Shown here: piece by piece, positions 27,982 to 36,297 of the stretch
Layout of the letters: every line of letters begins with the position of its first letter
How positions within the stretch are numbered: position 1 is the first letter of the stretch
NCBI GenBank assembly: GCA_964474085.1
Contig: CAYYRJ010000011.1
Span: 11,347-75,346 of the forward strand
Direction: 5' to 3'
Source of the DNA: an uncultured Planctomycetales bacterium
GTDB taxonomy: Bacteria > Omnitrophota > Gorgyraeia > Zapsychrales > JANLHA01
DNA length: 64,000 nucleotides
Translations under genes and position numbers: made by a program
Notes under the pieces: generated by a model
What the model saw: the letters and a program-made list of their open reading frames with translations, nothing else
Databases searched by the model: none
What the model was told of the DNA's origin: nothing

Positions 27982-29684
27982 ATCAATTCTTTCACTAACT
28001 TAATACTCTGATTAGCCACCATATCTAATGATTGAAGCCGCTCAAGAGTAACCCGTGGTTTCTCATAATAAATTTCATCCTGCTCAATCAAACGATACCT
28101 ACTGGATGACAGATCATATTTATTCGTTTTTAATTTATCCTTGGCTACCCAAAACTGTCGCGTGAGCTGGTTAATCTCTTTTTGAAGAGGTTCAATTTCT
28201 TTATGCAGATCATTCAATTTAGACGTGTCTGCGTCTAACGCTAACCGTGCCTTTTCATTACCATCATCCGCAATCACCTGTTCAAAAGTTAAACGATTCA
28301 CTTCTGCTAAAAGCACAAGGCGTTTCTTTTTTAAAGGGGTAATGCTTTCTTGAAGTTCTGCGAGCCTTTTTTCTCTTACCTGTGAAAATTTTTTATCAAA
28401 ACGGTTTCTCCAACACTCAAGAAGATCGGGAAGATCACTCTCATCAACTTTTTGACGCTTATCATCCAGCGAGAAGCCATCATGTTCCATATCATAAAAC
28501 CAAACTTTTTCCGTTGATGCCCCTCTGGTAAAAAACAACACAGCCGTTGATACTCCTGCATAAGGCCTGAATACACCAGACGGCATTGACACAACTCCAT
28601 CTAAACGGTTTTCCTCAATCAGTTTCTTTCTGATCTCCAAATGCGCCTGATTGGAGCCAAATAAAACACCATCTGGCACAATAACAGCTGCTCGGCCACC
28701 ATTCTCTAAAAGTCTTAGAAATAAATGCAAAAACAGCAGTTCCGTCTTTTTACATTTAGTCGGAAGAGTAGGATTAACATCAGATGAGTCTATTGCACCT
28801 TTAAAGGGTGGATTGGCTAAAATAATGTCGTACTTTCTTTCTTCGTTATATGCCTTTGATAGAGCGTCAGTATGTTTGAAGTTCGGCTGGGCGATACCAT
28901 GTAAAATAAGATTCATAGAACCGATGCGAAGCATTGTCATACCTGCGTCATTGTCATACGCAGTGATTGCTTCTTTTTGTAAGAATTCACTTTGTTCTTT
29001 GGTTAATTTGTCGCCGACTAATTTGTGTGGGAAACCATCTTCATCATAAGTAAGCAATTTAGGATCGGTATTCTTTTCTAAAATGTATTGATAGAAATTA
29101 ACCGGGAAACCACATGTCCCGGCCGCTGGGTCGCACATCTTCTCACCCGGGCGAGGATCGATCATCTGCACCATCATACGAATAATATGGCGCGGTGTTC
29201 TAAACTGGCCATTAGTACCTGCTATATTGAGCTTACTTAAAAGGTATTCATAAAGATCTCCCTGCACATCCTGATTTTGATTTGAAATTTGCATTTCATC
29301 AATCAGGCGACATGCTTCTATCAAAAGACTTGGGCGTTTAATCTTAAACTCAGCATTTTCCATCTGATCAGCAAATGATCCGCCTTCGCCTCCCAATTCT
29401 TTAATAAAAGGAAACACCTTTTCCTTAACTATCTTTAGAGCTTTTTCAGCATCTAAATTTGACCAATACGACCAACGCAATTCCTTGTCTTTAAAAATTG
29501 GCTCATATTTAAGTTTGCGTAACTTCGAGACTCGTTCTCGATCTTCTTCTGCTTCTTCCAATCGCTTTAGAAACAACAAAAAAGAAAGCTGCTCAATGGC
29601 ATCAAGTGGATTAGCTAATCCACCCGACCATAATTTGTCCCATAAAGAATCGACCTTTGACCGTAAATTTGAATCAGTTAGCAT
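27978..29684 (-). CDS. hsdM: Type I restriction-modification N6-adenine DNA methyltransferase subunit HsdM
   Basis: HsdM N-terminal domain (RSKVDSLWDKLWSGGLANPLDAIEQLSFLLFLKRL). SAM motif DPAAGTCGF. Catalytic motif IV ILANPPFKG. Confidence 0.9.
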   Translation of the reverse strand: MLTDSNLRSKVDSLWDKLWSGGLANPLDAIEQLSFLLFLKRLEEAEEDRERVSKLRKLKYEPIFKDKELRWSYWSNLDAEKALKIVKEKVFPFIKELGGEGGSFADQMENAEFKIKRPSLLIEACRLIDEMQISNQNQDVQGDLYEYLLSKLNIAGTNGQFRTPRHIIRMMVQMIDPRPGEKMCDPAAGTCGFPVNFYQYILEKNTDPKLLTYDEDGFPHKLVGDKLTKEQSEFLQKEAITAYDNDAGMTMLRIGSMNLILHGIAQPNFKHTDALSKAYNEERKYDIILANPPFKGAIDSSDVNPTLPTKCKKTELLFLHLFLRLLENGGRAAVIVPDGVLFGSNQAHLEIRKKLIEENRLDGVVSMPSGVFRPYAGVSTAVLFFTRGASTEKVWFYDMEHDGFSLDDKRQKVDESDLPDLLECWRNRFDKKFSQVREKRLAELQESITPLKKKRLVLLAEVNRLTFEQVIADDGNEKARLALDADTSKLNDLHKEIEPLQKEINQLTRQFWVAKDKLKTNKYDLSSSRYRLIEQDEIYYEKPRVTLERLQSLDMVANQSIKLVKELI

Positions 29685-29685
29685 T

Positions 29686-32442
29686 TTAAGCCTCTATCTT
29701 TTCAGTGAACTCCAACAAATCACGCACATCATTGGGAGTAAAAAGTTTATCGACAGCGTTTCTACCAAAATTGGTTAACGGCGCTTCATAAAGATCCGCC
29801 TCACTAAGTTTTCGTTTTTGTAAAAATACACTCTGGACAGCACGCAAAAATAAGATTTGATCAGCGTTATAATGATGTTCAGTAATAAAATTCTCGAAAC
29901 AACGCCCCACAACAGCAGCATACTCGGGAATAGTATCGAGCGATAATATATGGCGGATAAACCCTAAGAAGCTATTAACCTTTAAGCCATACGCACGCTT
30001 AATATTCAAAGGACTCAGTTGGATATCTCCTCCCGATAAACCCTCGTGCAAAGCCCGCTCTAAAGAAATCAAATCTTCTTCACTTACTTCCCTGCCTTGA
30101 CGAATCGCTTCAATAGCAGGATGGTTTTCTATAATCGAAAGAACTTTTGCTTCGACCCGCTTTCTATACTCTTCAACATAAATCTGCTCACCACCCTCGC
30201 CAATTGAGATAAGGCCGCGCGTATCAATAAAATCAGGGAGGTCGATTGAAATAAAAGTGTTTTGTCGGTTCCGACGATTACGCATAACCCCTGCCAAATC
30301 TGTGATGATCCGACGTAATTCTTTGGGTGACGCATTTGCCAATTTATCGGATAAACATAATTCAGCCGACTTTGAATACTTTTCATCTTTTAAAATATAT
30401 TCGGGCAAAAGACTGACATCTTCGGCAATTGAACGCAATAATTCAGGGGATACTTTACCAGTGAATACTTGATAACGAAGCCGTTCGACTTTGCTGGTAA
30501 ATGTTTCGGCCGCAACATCCACCTCCCCAACAAATCTTAACAACGGCCCAATTCTAAGACGCAAGAATTCAACTTTATCATTAGTTAATAATGTCCAGTA
30601 TTCATCACCCCAAACATGTTCAATCTCTACCCAGACCCTTCTTACTGAAAAGCAATCCGTCGGGATACGATTCACCATGGCCCGCAAATCTGATATGACC
30701 TGTGCATAATCCTCAGCCTGTATTGATTTATCCAGCGATTCTAAAATTTTTAATCTGGTGTTAAAAATTGACACCAGAACAGGGATTACCGGAGAGGCTC
30801 CGCCTTTAGGGTCTTTTTGAAAATCATTCTGCCAGAAATCGATAATTTTAAATTCTGTTTTCTTGCCATCTGGCAATCTTTCGGAATACATACAAACAGC
30901 ATTGCTTCTTGTGCCGCGCCCTATCATCTGCCACATTTTGATTTGCGATTGAACGGGTTTCATGAAAACCAAGTTCACCACCTCGGGGACATCAATGCCG
31001 GTGTCGAGCATATCAACAGAGATAGCAATCCTTGGCAAATTGTTCTTTTTGAATTTTGTAATTAGTCCATCCCCATAACTACCGTCACGGACACGTTCTG
31101 TGCTAGATGTTATAACCTGCACTAAATCTAATTGCTGAGGATACATTTCTTCAAAAATTTCACGGATTCGCTCTGCGTGTTCCTTGGTCATGGCAAAAAT
31201 AATCGTCTTTCCCGGAAGCTGACCAGATTGATCTTTTAAACACGCTTCCCATATCTCTTCCCATTGCTTACGAAGGGTGTCTTTGTTACTGACCTCCACT
31301 TCAATATCTGTTCCGGAATAATCGATGTCGTCCGGGTCAATGCCTTGAGCGATCAAAGCATTTTTGTCCTCTTCGCTTAATTCAATGCCTTTAATTCCTT
31401 TACGCTGAAACCCTGTCTGGGCTTGATATAAACTAAAATTGACGAGATATTCTTCCCTTACAGCAGTTTTATAGTCATATAAAAAAGTCGGAGTGCTATT
31501 TTGGCAACCAAAAACCCCGAAAGTATCTCTATCTATAAAAGTGGCTGGTGTGGCTGTAAGGCCGACCATACGTGCGTCAAAATAATCCATGACTTCTGAG
31601 AAACGATGAAAGATTGACCGATGGGCTTCATCAAAAATAATCAGATCAAAGAAACCCGGGCTAAACTTTGTATAGCAAACATTCATCGTTTGTTCAGTCG
31701 CCACAAACAAACGCTTTGTCGTATCGATGTTACGGGTATAAATGCGATCTCGAGGCTCATTAGGTAAATGCGCTTTGAACCCATCAGATAACGCCTGCTC
31801 AACCAGCGCATCACGATCAGCTAAAAAGAGAACATTTCTCGCTTGGTTCGTTTTTAAAAATATATCAATCAATGCCATTGTTGTACGCGTTTTACCCGTT
31901 CCTGTTGCCATTACCAAAAGCGCTCGTCGCCTGCCTTCTTCAAAAACTTCACAAACCCTGCGCACAGCTTCCTGCTGATAAGGGCGATTAGCAATAGTCC
32001 TATTGATCAAAGTTTCATTTAGTGATTGCTGATTTTGACGGAGGAAAAGAAGGCGGGTTAAATCGTCTGGACTAAAAAATCCGGCAACCAATCTCGGATG
32101 GGCAAGACCAATTTCCCAGAAATAAGTATTAAGACCATTCGACATAAATCCGAATGGCGTAAATTCTTGATTCTTACTGATGTAATTTAAATAATATCGT
32201 AACTGTTCATCTGCTTCCCTCGGGCTACGGCTCATTTTCTTGGCTTCTACAACAGCCAAGACATTGTTACGGGAGTCGTACAAGCAATAATCGGTCACGC
32301 CATTCCATGGTTCTTTGTCATAGCCGTCAACAGGCACTTCCCTGCGGACTTTTGTGAGATCGTTTAAATCCCATCCAGCTGATGTTAAAAGCGGATCAAT
32401 TATTTTGATACGTGTTTTTGCTTCATTTAATTCATCTGGCAT
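29686..32442 (-). CDS. hsdR: Type I restriction enzyme endonuclease/translocase subunit HsdR
   Basis: N-terminal HsdR_N nuclease region (KTRIKIIDPLLTSAGWD). SF2 helicase motifs MATGTGKTRT (I), IIFDEAHRS (II) and a QxxGR-type motif VI region. Confidence 0.9.
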   Translation of the reverse strand: MPDELNEAKTRIKIIDPLLTSAGWDLNDLTKVRREVPVDGYDKEPWNGVTDYCLYDSRNNVLAVVEAKKMSRSPREADEQLRYYLNYISKNQEFTPFGFMSNGLNTYFWEIGLAHPRLVAGFFSPDDLTRLLFLRQNQQSLNETLINRTIANRPYQQEAVRRVCEVFEEGRRRALLVMATGTGKTRTTMALIDIFLKTNQARNVLFLADRDALVEQALSDGFKAHLPNEPRDRIYTRNIDTTKRLFVATEQTMNVCYTKFSPGFFDLIIFDEAHRSIFHRFSEVMDYFDARMVGLTATPATFIDRDTFGVFGCQNSTPTFLYDYKTAVREEYLVNFSLYQAQTGFQRKGIKGIELSEEDKNALIAQGIDPDDIDYSGTDIEVEVSNKDTLRKQWEEIWEACLKDQSGQLPGKTIIFAMTKEHAERIREIFEEMYPQQLDLVQVITSSTERVRDGSYGDGLITKFKKNNLPRIAISVDMLDTGIDVPEVVNLVFMKPVQSQIKMWQMIGRGTRSNAVCMYSERLPDGKKTEFKIIDFWQNDFQKDPKGGASPVIPVLVSIFNTRLKILESLDKSIQAEDYAQVISDLRAMVNRIPTDCFSVRRVWVEIEHVWGDEYWTLLTNDKVEFLRLRIGPLLRFVGEVDVAAETFTSKVERLRYQVFTGKVSPELLRSIAEDVSLLPEYILKDEKYSKSAELCLSDKLANASPKELRRIITDLAGVMRNRRNRQNTFISIDLPDFIDTRGLISIGEGGEQIYVEEYRKRVEAKVLSIIENHPAIEAIRQGREVSEEDLISLERALHEGLSGGDIQLSPLNIKRAYGLKVNSFLGFIRHILSLDTIPEYAAVVGRCFENFITEHHYNADQILFLRAVQSVFLQKRKLSEADLYEAPLTNFGRNAVDKLFTPNDVRDLLEFTEKIEA

Positions 32443-32689
32443 TGGGGTATATGCTCTCTGATCTTTAACTTACTACGGGCGATGTATTCGCCGATTTATC
32501 ATGATACCTTCCGGGTCATCCACTGCCACCAACTTTAAAGCCCGGTTACCTATATCCGGGCCAAGTATTCAACGGTGTATGTATCTGCTGAGATCATTAA
32601 AATTCCGCTATGGGCTATTCAAAATATTCAGTATTGTAACATTGTTACCTTTTTCCTGCCACCATTTCCATCCGATAAGTCTATTGCCT

Positions 32690-32722
32690 CATTATATATA
32701 AACCACCGTACAGGGGTGTCAA
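32690..32722 (-). promoter_or_regulatory. Sigma70-like promoter for the hsdRMS-kinase operon: TTGACA (plus 32717-32722), about 17-nt spacer, ATATATAAT
   Basis: Reverse strand reads ctTTGACAcccctgtacggtggtttATATATAATgag. Shares the ggggtgtcaa -35 context with the nrtR and int promoters. Confidence 0.5.
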
Positions 32723-32748
32723 AGGGAGGATTTTGGTATGCCAAAAAT

Positions 32749-32767
32749 GTGCCAGATTTGTGCCAAC
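32749..32767. repeat. Right copy of the perfect 19-bp direct repeat tgtgccagatttgtgccaa (candidate att core). It is embedded in three 11-bp periods beginning TGCCA.
   Basis: Identical to 9874-9892. The reverse-strand translation of the flank again gives an integrase-tail-like VGTNLAH. Confidence 0.75.
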
Positions 32768-32834
32768 TTTTCATCAAAAATGGCCTAAATTCATCAAAAT
32801 TGGTAGTAGTTGGAGATTTGCAGAAGGCAAACAA

Positions 32835-32870
32835 AAACCCAGAATCCTCGTCGGAAACTGGGTTTTTATT
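32835..32870 (+). terminator. Possible rho-independent terminator: aacccag, 15-nt loop, ctgggtt, then TTTATTT
   Basis: Stem-loop plus T-run seen in sequence. Lies between the two islands. Confidence 0.3.
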
Positions 32871-32917
32871 TGGTTGCGGGGACAGGATTTGAACCTGTGA
32901 CCTTCAGGTTATGAGCC
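32871..32917 (-). repeat. 47-nt partial copy of the tRNA-Met 3' half (anticodon loop to CCA), the left att direct repeat of the tRNA-integrated island
   Basis: tggttgcggggacaggatttgaacctgtgaccttcaggttatgagcc is identical to 44556-44602 inside the intact tRNA. Confidence 0.85.
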
Positions 32918-33036
32918 GCCGAAAAGAAATAATTTCAACCCGATTTTCCCGTTTTTTACCGTTGGAGTTAGGCAATACTGTAAGCCTTCCTCCTTTCTGG
33001 GTTTTGACTGAATTAATATTACCTACGCACAAATAA

Positions 33037-34998
33037 TTACTGTCGAATTCTAGACGCATTTTGACAACTTGCCTTATAATTACCCCATAACTTTTTCAAA
33101 GGCCAAAAAATAAAATATAATATTGGTAGCGCAGCTAAAACATCACGAATTATTTGCTGATAATCCCCACAATTAAATATTTTACAATAACCCCACGCTA
33201 CCAACAAGGAACCCATCCCACAAATAGGCAATGTCTTAAGCAGTCCCCGCAGCAAAGCACCTAAAGCATCCCTTTTAATTTTAGCCGCCTTAAAATTGTT
33301 TAATTCTTTTTCTCGTTCTACTGATTTAATTCGTTCTTGATTAGTTTCTTCTTCCGCTCGCTTGATTCTTTCTTTAGCATCAGACAACTGCTCAGAAACC
33401 TCTATAGTGCTTGCTTGATACAATCTATTAATCCTCAAGGCCAAATTGCTGTCGTGCGCTTTTCCTTCTAATCTCGCCTTTGCAATCTCTTTAACGAGTT
33501 TCTTAACTTCCTCCGAAGGTAAGTCAGCGGCCCTTTCATTAATTTTATCCAACAATTGTAAATCCTGCAAAATATAAGTACTGCTTGAAGGCAAACATTC
33601 ATTGAGTAATAGCTTGGATAATAATGGGGCAAAATTGGTAGCATCAGAAATTGGTTCCGAATTATTTAGGGCAAGAATCTCTATCAATACCGAAACAGAT
33701 AGCAGTTTGGGCAACTCATGGTGCGGAGTTTGTTCTAACACAGATGCTTGCAAAGACCTATCCAAACTTAGTATCCAAGCTTTCTCATTTTTCCCCCTTA
33801 AGTAATCAACAGTATGAATTAAACAAGTATCGTGATTTAACGCCGCCTGCCCTTTTTTCCCTTTCCATTTCGCACGAAATTTTAAGGCAAATTTTTGTAT
33901 TTGATTTTTTAAATGTTCATCCTGCTCAGATTTTATTTGAGTATCTAGAAATTCTTTATCGTCTTCCAAAACTATATTAAGCCCGTCGGGCAATGTCCGA
34001 GGTATATTTAAAAGAGAATCGAAGAATCTGTTATAATCTTCTTCATTTTTACAACCTCTATCTCGTGCAGTCGCAATAAAATCGTCTCTGACATCCTGAA
34101 TCACTTCATCATCAAAAGCTTTAATTACATGAATCGCATCCCCTCGTTTTGCGTTCAAAGCTCGGGCGTATTCCTCTGTCGTGCAATGCAGATAAATTAA
34201 TTTTGAGTTAAGAAACTTGAATGCACCTTCTAAGGCCTTGATTGATTGCCACAATCTACTACTTTCCAGCGATAAAGCGAACAAAACATTTGTGTCAAAA
34301 ATGAATGTTGAATTACTTAATTCTTCAATTGTAATAGGGTCTATCCCAATGTCAGCAGCCACTAAACGTGCTGAAAACATCGCCTGACTCATCAAAAATA
34401 AATATTGTTGGTCTCGAATATTATCACTTGAGAGGAAACTTACGAAACCAGCAACTAACGCCTGCTTATGCTGCTCTAGTTTATTATTCTTTATGGAATT
34501 GGAAAGCAACTGTTCAATCGTCTGTGAGGAAGCCGCAATTCTTCTATTACCTTTACTCGATATTTTAATCCATTCATCACAATAAAATCCCAGGAAATCC
34601 GCAGAAGACTCTCTGAACCACATTTTAAGTATCTTTTTCGGGAGGGTGGCTGGGAAATGGCGCTCTAAAACTTCCCGCAACAGGCCTCTTTCTGTATTGA
34701 TTTCCCTACTAATGTCTTTGCGACTATTATTCTCTAACTGCCATGTCTTCCCATTCGTTCTAACTTTGCCAGATTGTTGTAAAAATTGAAGCCCGTCAAT
34801 AACCAATTCCGATGAGACACTTTTGTTCCCAATCATTTTTGCCGACTCAGACACCAACTGTTGCACCTCAACGGGCGATTCTATGGAATACATAACTTTT
34901 GCTATCAGCTCAGCAAAAGCTAAAGTTTTAAGTGGTTTTGCAGAAGTGCCATATTTCAAATTTACAGTTACAAGCTGTCTCGTGTTAAACTGCATCAT
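33037..34998 (-). CDS. Large hypothetical protein (653 aa) with an internal PIN-like motif and C-terminal transmembrane helices
   Basis: Internal FIFDTNVLFALSLESS resembles a PIN-domain first acidic motif. C-terminal hydrophobic segments (LPICGMGSLLVAWGY...ALPILYFIFWPL). Confidence 0.35.
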   Translation of the reverse strand: MMQFNTRQLVTVNLKYGTSAKPLKTLAFAELIAKVMYSIESPVEVQQLVSESAKMIGNKSVSSELVIDGLQFLQQSGKVRTNGKTWQLENNSRKDISREINTERGLLREVLERHFPATLPKKILKMWFRESSADFLGFYCDEWIKISSKGNRRIAASSQTIEQLLSNSIKNNKLEQHKQALVAGFVSFLSSDNIRDQQYLFLMSQAMFSARLVAADIGIDPITIEELSNSTFIFDTNVLFALSLESSRLWQSIKALEGAFKFLNSKLIYLHCTTEEYARALNAKRGDAIHVIKAFDDEVIQDVRDDFIATARDRGCKNEEDYNRFFDSLLNIPRTLPDGLNIVLEDDKEFLDTQIKSEQDEHLKNQIQKFALKFRAKWKGKKGQAALNHDTCLIHTVDYLRGKNEKAWILSLDRSLQASVLEQTPHHELPKLLSVSVLIEILALNNSEPISDATNFAPLLSKLLLNECLPSSSTYILQDLQLLDKINERAADLPSEEVKKLVKEIAKARLEGKAHDSNLALRINRLYQASTIEVSEQLSDAKERIKRAEEETNQERIKSVEREKELNNFKAAKIKRDALGALLRGLLKTLPICGMGSLLVAWGYCKIFNCGDYQQIIRDVLAALPILYFIFWPLKKLWGNYKASCQNASRIRQ

Positions 34999-35080
34999 TT
35001 AATCCTTCAGAATTATAATTATACGTTACCGATAAATGGAAGTTTCAAACCATTTCTCTGCTTTCACCGTCGGGAATTGA

Positions 35081-35911
35081 TTAATTATTGGTTCCCATCG
35101 TCGCTTCTTGATGAGCGATTTTTGGAACCATCTCATTCATCGTATAATGAACAAACCAATCTCCTAACTCTGTCAACACATACTCATCCTTATCATCAAA
35201 TGCGGATTTTACTTGTCCTGTCCTTCTGGGGCGTCTTCGTTTAGGCAGGAAATTACCCGAGGCATCTGTTTCCCTGTGTTGTCTGATAACGTGCCCGACA
35301 CTCAAATCGTGAATCAATTTCTTAAAGAGGTCTGCCTCGGCTGAATTTTCCCTGACTCTATTCCCATGAATTTCTTGCCACATTTCATATCTCGTTAATC
35401 CTGGGTCTTTATAAATTAACTGAACTATTTTAAAATGGCCTTCGCTGTATTGGTCAATCCACTCAATAAACATCCGTAATATATCGTCGCCACAAATTTT
35501 CTGGGCACCCGCAGCATTACAAAGAAGGTTGCGGATTAAAATCCTTTTTTCTTCGCTCTCAGCGGCACTCCAATCCCTGAAGCATTTCTTTATCAACTTA
35601 AGATATTCAGGACTTTGAATTCGTTCTTGAACTCGTTCATCGTTTCTATCAAGTCGAAGCATTACCTCCATCAAAGTTTTTCCAATTTCTTTAATTTCAT
35701 CTTCTTGAAGTTTAAGCCAAGAAGCAAATATCTTATTAAATCTTTCTTGCTCTGCCTCAGACCATGCCCCTGCACCTCCACCAATGGCCCCACCAGCATA
35801 AGGAATTAAGCCTCCTAAAAAAGCGAGCGCAAATCTGGCAACTTTAGAACCCGCACCCGAATTAAGGGCGTCTTCCATTTCTTTTTTAACATCATCATTC
35901 GGTTGAGACAT
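35081..35911 (-). CDS. Hypothetical protein (276 aa) with a Gly/Ala-rich N-terminal segment
   Basis: ORF. GGLIPYAGGAIGGGAGAWS near the N-terminus. No catalytic motifs recognised. Confidence 0.35.
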   Translation of the reverse strand: MSQPNDDVKKEMEDALNSGAGSKVARFALAFLGGLIPYAGGAIGGGAGAWSEAEQERFNKIFASWLKLQEDEIKEIGKTLMEVMLRLDRNDERVQERIQSPEYLKLIKKCFRDWSAAESEEKRILIRNLLCNAAGAQKICGDDILRMFIEWIDQYSEGHFKIVQLIYKDPGLTRYEMWQEIHGNRVRENSAEADLFKKLIHDLSVGHVIRQHRETDASGNFLPKRRRPRRTGQVKSAFDDKDEYVLTELGDWFVHYTMNEMVPKIAHQEATMGTNN

Positions 35912-35922
35912 CTTTTATCCGC

Positions 35923-36297
35923 TCATTTCTTGTAATATTGTTTTATTCTTTCCCTGTCTTCAACTTCCTTATCTGTCTTGAAATAAATCTCGACAAACTC
36001 AATCAAATCCTCGTCGGGAAAATAGGCATAAATAATTCTTATGCCGCTTTTGACTCCTCGACCTTTTAATGCTTTGCATGCAAACTTTGTGACTTTGAGA
36101 ATGTGCGGATATTCAATTCCTAAGTTGTCTATCCGTTCAATGCCGTCATAATTTTGCTGCCCCAATTTATGGTACATTTTCAAGGCAGCATCAATTAAAT
36201 TTTCTATGTCTTCTTCTAGTGTCCGAAATTTCTTGAGTAATTTTTTTAATTCTCGGTCAAACTCAGGAAGATTCCTTCTCTGCTTGAATACCGTCAT
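35923..36297 (-). CDS. Putative small toxin (124 aa) cognate to the upstream Panacea-domain antitoxin. A RelE/ParE-like fold is possible.
   Basis: Overlaps the 3' end of the antitoxin gene by 35 nt. Basic, with a C-terminal IIYAYFPDEDLIEFVEIYFKTDK beta-strand pattern reminiscent of RelE/ParE-superfamily toxins. Confidence 0.35.
   Translation of the reverse strand: MTVFKQRRNLPEFDRELKKLLKKFRTLEEDIENLIDAALKMYHKLGQQNYDGIERIDNLGIEYPHILKVTKFACKALKGRGVKSGIRIIYAYFPDEDLIEFVEIYFKTDKEVEDRERIKQYYKK

Larger units (their letters stand above)
21058..32767. mobile_element. About 11.7-kb PICI/P4-like satellite-type integrative element. Gene order: int, XRE regulator, AlpA-like, Prim-Pol/helicase, two unknowns, Ser/Thr kinase, hsdS, hsdM, hsdR. 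It is bounded on the right by the 19-bp repeat and on the left by its own int 3' end containing the core variant.
   Basis: The gene order int - divergent XRE - alpA - pri-rep - AT-rich ori-like region - cargo matches the phage-satellite/PICI architecture. Cargo is a complete Type I R-M system plus a kinase. Confidence 0.55.
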
